A stretch of DNA of 11,139 nucleotides, from the NCBI GenBank assembly GCA_038203565.1, contig JBBRDV010000044.1:1-11139 (forward strand), read 5' to 3'. Position numbers and translations under genes: made by a program. Positions 7,192 through 11,139 of the stretch are shown in pieces. How positions within the stretch are numbered: the first letter of the stretch is position 1; each line of letters opens with the position of its first letter. The notes below the pieces were generated by a model that was given only the letters and a program-made list of their open reading frames with translations, searched no databases and was not told where the DNA came from. Source of the DNA: Atribacterota bacterium (GTDB lineage: Bacteria; Atribacterota; Phoenicimicrobiia; Phoenicimicrobiales; Phoenicimicrobiaceae).

Positions 7192-8526
7192 ATGGATCTT
7201 TTTGAAAATTATGAAAAAAACAAAATGGATAATAATGCCCCTCTTGCTGATAGAATCAGGCCGGAAAGATTAGAGGATTTTTTAGGACAGGAAAAGATTA
7301 TTGGTCCGGGTAAGCCTTTACGTCAGGCTATCGAAGAAGATGAACTTCAATCGATTATTCTCTGGGGTCCGCCTGGTTCTGGAAAAACAACTTTAGCCAG
7401 AATTATAGCCAAAATGACTAAGACCCATTTTGTCCCTTTCAGCGCAGCTATTTCAGGTGTGCCTGCCTTAAGGAAAATTATCAAAGAAGCTCAGGACCGA
7501 CGGAGATATCACCATCAAGGGACTATTTTATTTGTGGATGAAATTCATAGGTTTAACAAAGCACAACAGGATGCTTTTTTACCCTACGTAGAAGATGGAA
7601 CCATAATCTTAATTGGAGCTACTACCGAAAATCCTTCTTTTGAGATTATTTCCCCTCTTTTATCCAGGTCAAATGTTTATATATTAGAACCATTATCTCC
7701 GGAAGACTTGAAAAACATTTTGGAAAAGGCTTTGCTGGATAAAGAAAAAGGTCTGGGAAAATATAAACTGAAATTAGAACCAAAAGTTTTAGATTTCATT
7801 GTTGAACTTGCTTATGGAGATGCCCGTATAGCTTTAAACATCTTAGAATTTGCAGTGATAACTACCAAGCCAGATACACAGGGTATAAGAAATATAAGTT
7901 TGAAAATTATCGAAGAGGTAGTCCAAAAGAGATGTTTGCGTTACGATAAGACCGGGGAAGAACATTACAATGTTATCTCTGCCCTCCACAAGAGCATGCG
8001 CGATTCCGACCCCGATGCTGCTATTTACTGGGTAGCCCGTATGTTAGAAGCCGGAGAAAATCCTCTCTATGTTGCCCGGCGGCTGGTGAGGTTTGCCTCA
8101 GAAGACATAGGAAATGCTGACCCTCAGGCCTTACAGGTAGCAGTGTCAGCTATGCAGGCAGTCCATTTTTTAGGAATGCCTGAAGGTAATTTGGCTTTGG
8201 CCCAGACCGCTACCTATTTAGCCTGCGCCCCCAAGAGTAATGCCCTCTACAAGGGTTATCAACTCACCCAGGAAGACATTAAAAGGTGGGGACCGCTGCC
8301 AGTTCCCCTGGTAATTCGTAATGCCCCCACTACTCTAATGAAGAATTTAGATTACGGTAAAGGTTATAAATATGCTCACAATTTTGAGGGAGGCTATATT
8401 GTTCAGGAACATCTTCCTACGGAGCTAAAGGGAAGAAAATATTATTTGCCTACCGATAGGGGATTTGAAAAAGAGATTAAACAAAGGCTGGAAAAATTAA
8501 AAGCCAAATATAAAGATAGTATATAG
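7192..8526 (+). CDS. rarA: Replication-associated recombination protein A (RarA/MgsA AAA+ ATPase)
   Basis: 444 aa. PLADRIRP, Walker A GPPGSGKTT, Walker B FVDEIHRFNKAQQD, GATTENPSF, ISALHKSMRDSDPDAA, ASEDIGNADP, YGKGYKYAH. Confidence 0.97.
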   Translation: MDLFENYEKNKMDNNAPLADRIRPERLEDFLGQEKIIGPGKPLRQAIEEDELQSIILWGPPGSGKTTLARIIAKMTKTHFVPFSAAISGVPALRKIIKEAQDRRRYHHQGTILFVDEIHRFNKAQQDAFLPYVEDGTIILIGATTENPSFEIISPLLSRSNVYILEPLSPEDLKNILEKALLDKEKGLGKYKLKLEPKVLDFIVELAYGDARIALNILEFAVITTKPDTQGIRNISLKIIEEVVQKRCLRYDKTGEEHYNVISALHKSMRDSDPDAAIYWVARMLEAGENPLYVARRLVRFASEDIGNADPQALQVAVSAMQAVHFLGMPEGNLALAQTATYLACAPKSNALYKGYQLTQEDIKRWGPLPVPLVIRNAPTTLMKNLDYGKGYKYAHNFEGGYIVQEHLPTELKGRKYYLPTDRGFEKEIKQRLEKLKAKYKDSI

Positions 8527-8534
8527 TATATAGT
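8518..8534 (+). repeat. Heptamer tandem repeat (AGTATAT)x2.4 spanning the rarA stop codon
   Basis: AGTATAT AGTATAT AGT. The rarA TAG (8524-8526) lies within it. Confidence 0.6.
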
Positions 8535-8567
8535 GATTACGACCTAAAAAGTGAACAAAATAGTAAT

Positions 8568-8591
8568 GTAGGGGCACGATGCATCGTACCC
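8568..8591 (+). repeat. GTAG-type REP-like palindrome, copy 2
   Basis: GTAG followed by GGGCACGATG|CATCGTACCC (one mismatch from a perfect palindrome). Directly upstream of the ThiF gene RBS. Confidence 0.75.
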
Positions 8592-8605
8592 ACAGGAGAA
8601 ATTTT

Positions 8606-9484
8606 ATGAAAGAAAATATGAAAAATGAAAAAGAAGAAGCGATTCTCAGGGAATTAGAAAAAATAAAAGAAGAAGCGATAAACTTTTCCGGAAAGAAATA
8701 TTATAATATCTCACTAAAACAGATAAAAAAAATAGCCCGCAAATTTCAAACTAAGTCCCGAGAAATAGAGATATCAGCTCTACAAAATAATATAATTCCT
8801 GGACGCTATCAGCGTAATTTAGGAGTAATTAGTCCTCTTGAACAGGTAAAATTGCTTCAATCAAAAGTAGTTATAATCGGAGCTGGCGGATTAGGAGGGA
8901 CAATATTAGAGCTTTTGACCAGGATGGGAATTGGAAAACTGATCATTGCTGACAAAGATATAATAGTAGATAGTAATTTAAATCGGCAGATACTTTCCAC
9001 CGAAAACAATTTAGGGCAGAGTAAGACTGAGGTCGCAGTAAAGAGGGTAAAAGAAATAAATTCTTCTGTAGAGATTGTTGGACATTCTGTTTTTGTTAAT
9101 CCGGACAATGTAAAAAAAATTATTGAGGGAGCGGAGGTAGTAATAGATGCTCTGGATAATCTTCCTTCGCGTTTTGTGCTTCAAAAAGCCTGTCAGAATT
9201 TAAAAATTCCCTTGGTTCATGGTGCTATAGCCGGTTTTAATGGCCAGCTTACCACTATATTTCCGGAGGATAAAGGATTAGAATTAATTTATGGCTCTAA
9301 TAAAGATTTACCCGAACATGGAAGTGAGGTAGAATTAGGTGCTCCTACGGTAACTCCTGCCTTAATTGCCTCTTTGGAAGCCCAAGAAGTGATAAAAATA
9401 TTATTAAAAAGAGGTAAACTCTTTCGAAATAAACTGTTATATTTAGATATTGAAGAAGGAACTATGGAAATATTAAATTTATAA
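8606..9484 (+). CDS. HesA/MoeB/ThiF family adenylyltransferase (E1-like) with N-terminal extension
   Basis: RYQRN, GAGGLG nucleotide-binding loop, D.D....SNLNRQ, DALDN..SRF. Start placed at ATG8606 because of the AGGAGA RBS at 8594-8599; ATG8579 falls inside the REP-like repeat. Confidence 0.9.
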   Translation: MKENMKNEKEEAILRELEKIKEEAINFSGKKYYNISLKQIKKIARKFQTKSREIEISALQNNIIPGRYQRNLGVISPLEQVKLLQSKVVIIGAGGLGGTILELLTRMGIGKLIIADKDIIVDSNLNRQILSTENNLGQSKTEVAVKRVKEINSSVEIVGHSVFVNPDNVKKIIEGAEVVIDALDNLPSRFVLQKACQNLKIPLVHGAIAGFNGQLTTIFPEDKGLELIYGSNKDLPEHGSEVELGAPTVTPALIASLEAQEVIKILLKRGKLFRNKLLYLDIEEGTMEILNL

Positions 9485-9515
9485 AAAAATTTAAAGAAGG
9501 ACATAATCATACAAT

Positions 9516-10652
9516 ATGGGAATAAAGAAAATTAGAATAGGTATAATCTTTGGAGGAAGGTCGGGAGAGCATGAGGTTTCATTTTGTTCCGCCTCCTCAA
9601 TTATTAAAGCAATAGATAAAGATAAATATACCGTAGTTCCTATCGGCATAACCAAAGAAGGTAGATGGATTTCTCCCCAGGATTCTAAATTGGCTCTTCA
9701 ATCTGGCAAAATAGAAGGAAAAAGTACGGTGATTTTATTGAATAGCCCTTCCGGTAATGCCCTGATTCGCATAGACAATAATCAAAGATTAGATAAAAGC
9801 CCGGCTTTAGAAAAATTAGACATTATCTTCCCGGTATTACACGGTCCTTTTGGAGAGGATGGAACAGTACAGGGCCTCTTGGAGTTAGCTAATATTCCTT
9901 ATGTGGGAGCGGGAGTGGCTGCTTCAGCAATTTCTATGGACAAAGATTTAATGAAGACAATATTTCGACAGAGGGGTTTGCCCATATTAAAGTGGATGAC
10001 TATTAGAAGAAAAGAGTGGCAAAAAGACAAAGAGAAAATCTTATCTTTAATTCAGAATGACTTCGAATATCCTCTTTTTGTAAAGCCTACTAATTTGGGG
10101 TCGAGTGTAGGGATAACCAAAGTTCACGAGAAAGAAGAATTAGAAAAAGCTATAGATTTAGCCTCTTCTTACGATAGAAAGATTTTGATCGAAGAAGGAT
10201 TAGAAGAAGTAAGAGAGATAGAATGCGGTGTTTTGGGCAATGATGAACTCCGGGCTTCAGTAGCGGGTGAAGTCAGACCGGCAGGAGAATTTTATGACTA
10301 TGATTCAAAATATTTGGATGAAGGGACGCAATTAATTATCCCGGCTGATTTACCTAATGGAGTATCTCAAGAAGTTCAGGAGATTGCCCTCCGTGCCTTT
10401 AAGGCCGTTGATGCTGCCGGGATGGCGCGAGTAGATTTTTTTGTCAGCAAAAAAGAAAATAAAATATATTTAAGTGAAATTAATACCATCCCCGGTTTTA
10501 CTTCTGTCAGTATGTACCCCCGTCTGTGGGAAGCGAGTGGCATTTCTTATCCTGATTTAATTGACCGATTAATCCAGCTGGCTTTAGAAAGGCACCAGGA
10601 TAAAAACCAGAATAAAATATCCTACGACGAATCAAAACTTTTAGATAAATAG
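9516..10652 (+). CDS. ddl: D-alanine--D-alanine ligase
   Basis: 378 aa. [43 protein letters not shown] (Tyr omega loop), [13 protein letters not shown]. Confidence 0.97.
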   Translation: MGIKKIRIGIIFGGRSGEHEVSFCSASSIIKAIDKDKYTVVPIGITKEGRWISPQDSKLALQSGKIEGKSTVILLNSPSGNALIRIDNNQRLDKSPALEKLDIIFPVLHGPFGEDGTVQGLLELANIPYVGAGVAASAISMDKDLMKTIFRQRGLPILKWMTIRRKEWQKDKEKILSLIQNDFEYPLFVKPTNLGSSVGITKVHEKEELEKAIDLASSYDRKILIEEGLEEVREIECGVLGNDELRASVAGEVRPAGEFYDYDSKYLDEGTQLIIPADLPNGVSQEVQEIALRAFKAVDAAGMARVDFFVSKKENKIYLSEINTIPGFTSVSMYPRLWEASGISYPDLIDRLIQLALERHQDKNQNKISYDESKLLDK

Positions 10653-10661
10653 AAATATTTT

Positions 10662-10690
10662 TTGACAGAGTAAAAATATCGTGTTATTAT
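10662..10690 (+). promoter_or_regulatory. sigma70 promoter of nikR
   Basis: TTGACA(10662-10667)-N17-TATTAT(10685-10690), with extended -10 TG at 10682-10683. Confidence 0.75.
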
Positions 10691-10707
10691 TTTGGAAATA
10701 GTAATAT
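10681..10707. promoter_or_regulatory. Putative NikR operator overlapping the -10 box
   Basis: GTGTTAT-N13-GTAATAT resembles the GTGTTAC-N13/14-GTAACAC NikR motif I recall for deltaproteobacteria. Confidence 0.55.
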
Positions 10708-10731
10708 TTGCAATAACAAAGGTAGGGATTT

Positions 10732-11139
10732 ATGTCTGAAATAGTCCGTTTTGGAGTATCACTGGAAAAAGAACTCTTAGAAAAATTTGATAGACTCATC
10801 AAAGAGAAAAAATACCCCAATCGCTCGGAGGCAATACGAGATTTAATCAGAGAAAATCTGGTTAAAAGAGAGTGGGCAGAAGGAAAAGAAGTTGCCGGAG
10901 CAATTACTTTAGTATTCGACCACCACAAGAGGGAGTTAGTAAACACCTTAACCGATATCCAACATGATTTTCACCAGTTGATTATCTCCAGCCAGCATAT
11001 TCACCTGGATCATGATAATTGTTTGGAGATAATAGTGGTAAGAGGAAAGCCGATAGAGGTGAGAGGGCTGGCTGATAAATTAAGAGTAACTAAAGGTGTA
11101 AAATACGGATCTTTGTCTATAGCTACTACCGGGAAGGAA
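10732..11139 (+). CDS. nikR: Nickel-responsive transcriptional regulator NikR; 3'-truncated by window edge
   Basis: Manual translation from ATG10732: MSEIVRFGVSLEKELLEKFDRLIKEKKYPNRSEAIRDLIR...DHHKREL...IQHDF...HIHLDHDNCLEIIVVRG...KGVKYGSL. Ribbon-helix-helix domain plus His/His-x-His/Cys nickel site. Open to the window end and absent from the ORF track. Confidence 0.96.
   Translation, partial: MSEIVRFGVSLEKELLEKFDRLIKEKKYPNRSEAIRDLIRENLVKREWAEGKEVAGAITLVFDHHKRELVNTLTDIQHDFHQLIISSQHIHLDHDNCLEIIVVRGKPIEVRGLADKLRVTKGVKYGSLSIATTGKE

Noticed and set aside
3726..8591. Repeated 20-bp palindromic sequence as a CRISPR repeat or as the ends of a 4.8-kb mobile element
   Set aside because: Only two copies 4.8 kb apart, with no spacer periodicity and no cas, integrase or transposase gene. 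The enclosed genes include housekeeping rarA.
8606..9484. ThiF protein as part of a CBASS/Bil-type ubiquitin-like defence system or RiPP cluster
   Set aside because: No E2, JAB, CD-NTase, Ubl or precursor peptide gene nearby, no evident catalytic Cys, and a housekeeping context.
9516..10652. ddl as a vancomycin-resistance (VanA/D-Ala-D-Lac) ligase
   Set aside because: The omega loop reads YDYDSKY with the Tyr typical of D-Ala-D-Ala ligases, and there are no vanH/vanX/vanRS neighbours.
8857..10946. Minus-strand ORFs 8857-9108, 9289-9510 and 10641-10946
   Set aside because: Antisense to the ThiF gene and nikR.

Overview
AT-rich bacterial chromosomal window made mostly of housekeeping and signalling genes. 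Gene style is compatible with an anaerobe such as Atribacterota/JS1 or a Firmicute, but this is an impression and not established. Gene order: 5'-truncated EamA/DMT (YddG-like) transporter (+), class II aldolase (+), membrane CHASE4-HAMP-PAS-GAF-GGDEF diguanylate cyclase (+), a minus-strand two-gene operon (tandem two-domain carbon-nitrogen hydrolase, then YegS/DgkB-family lipid kinase), RimJ/RimL GNAT acetyltransferase (+), rarA (+), ThiF/MoeB-family adenylyltransferase (+), ddl (+) and a 3'-truncated nikR (+) that the ORF track missed. I saw no transposase, CRISPR array, rRNA or tRNA. The most unusual items are: (i) two copies of a GTAG-type REP-like palindrome, each preceded by heptamer repeats, one nested in a ~195-bp intergenic segment bounded by 19-bp inverted repeats; (ii) a double nitrilase whose second domain has lost its catalytic Cys, coupled to a lipid kinase with two motif substitutions; (iii) a 29-bp operator-like palindrome in the divergent promoter region; (iv) a NikR-box-like site over the nikR -10 element. 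None is proven novel from sequence alone.
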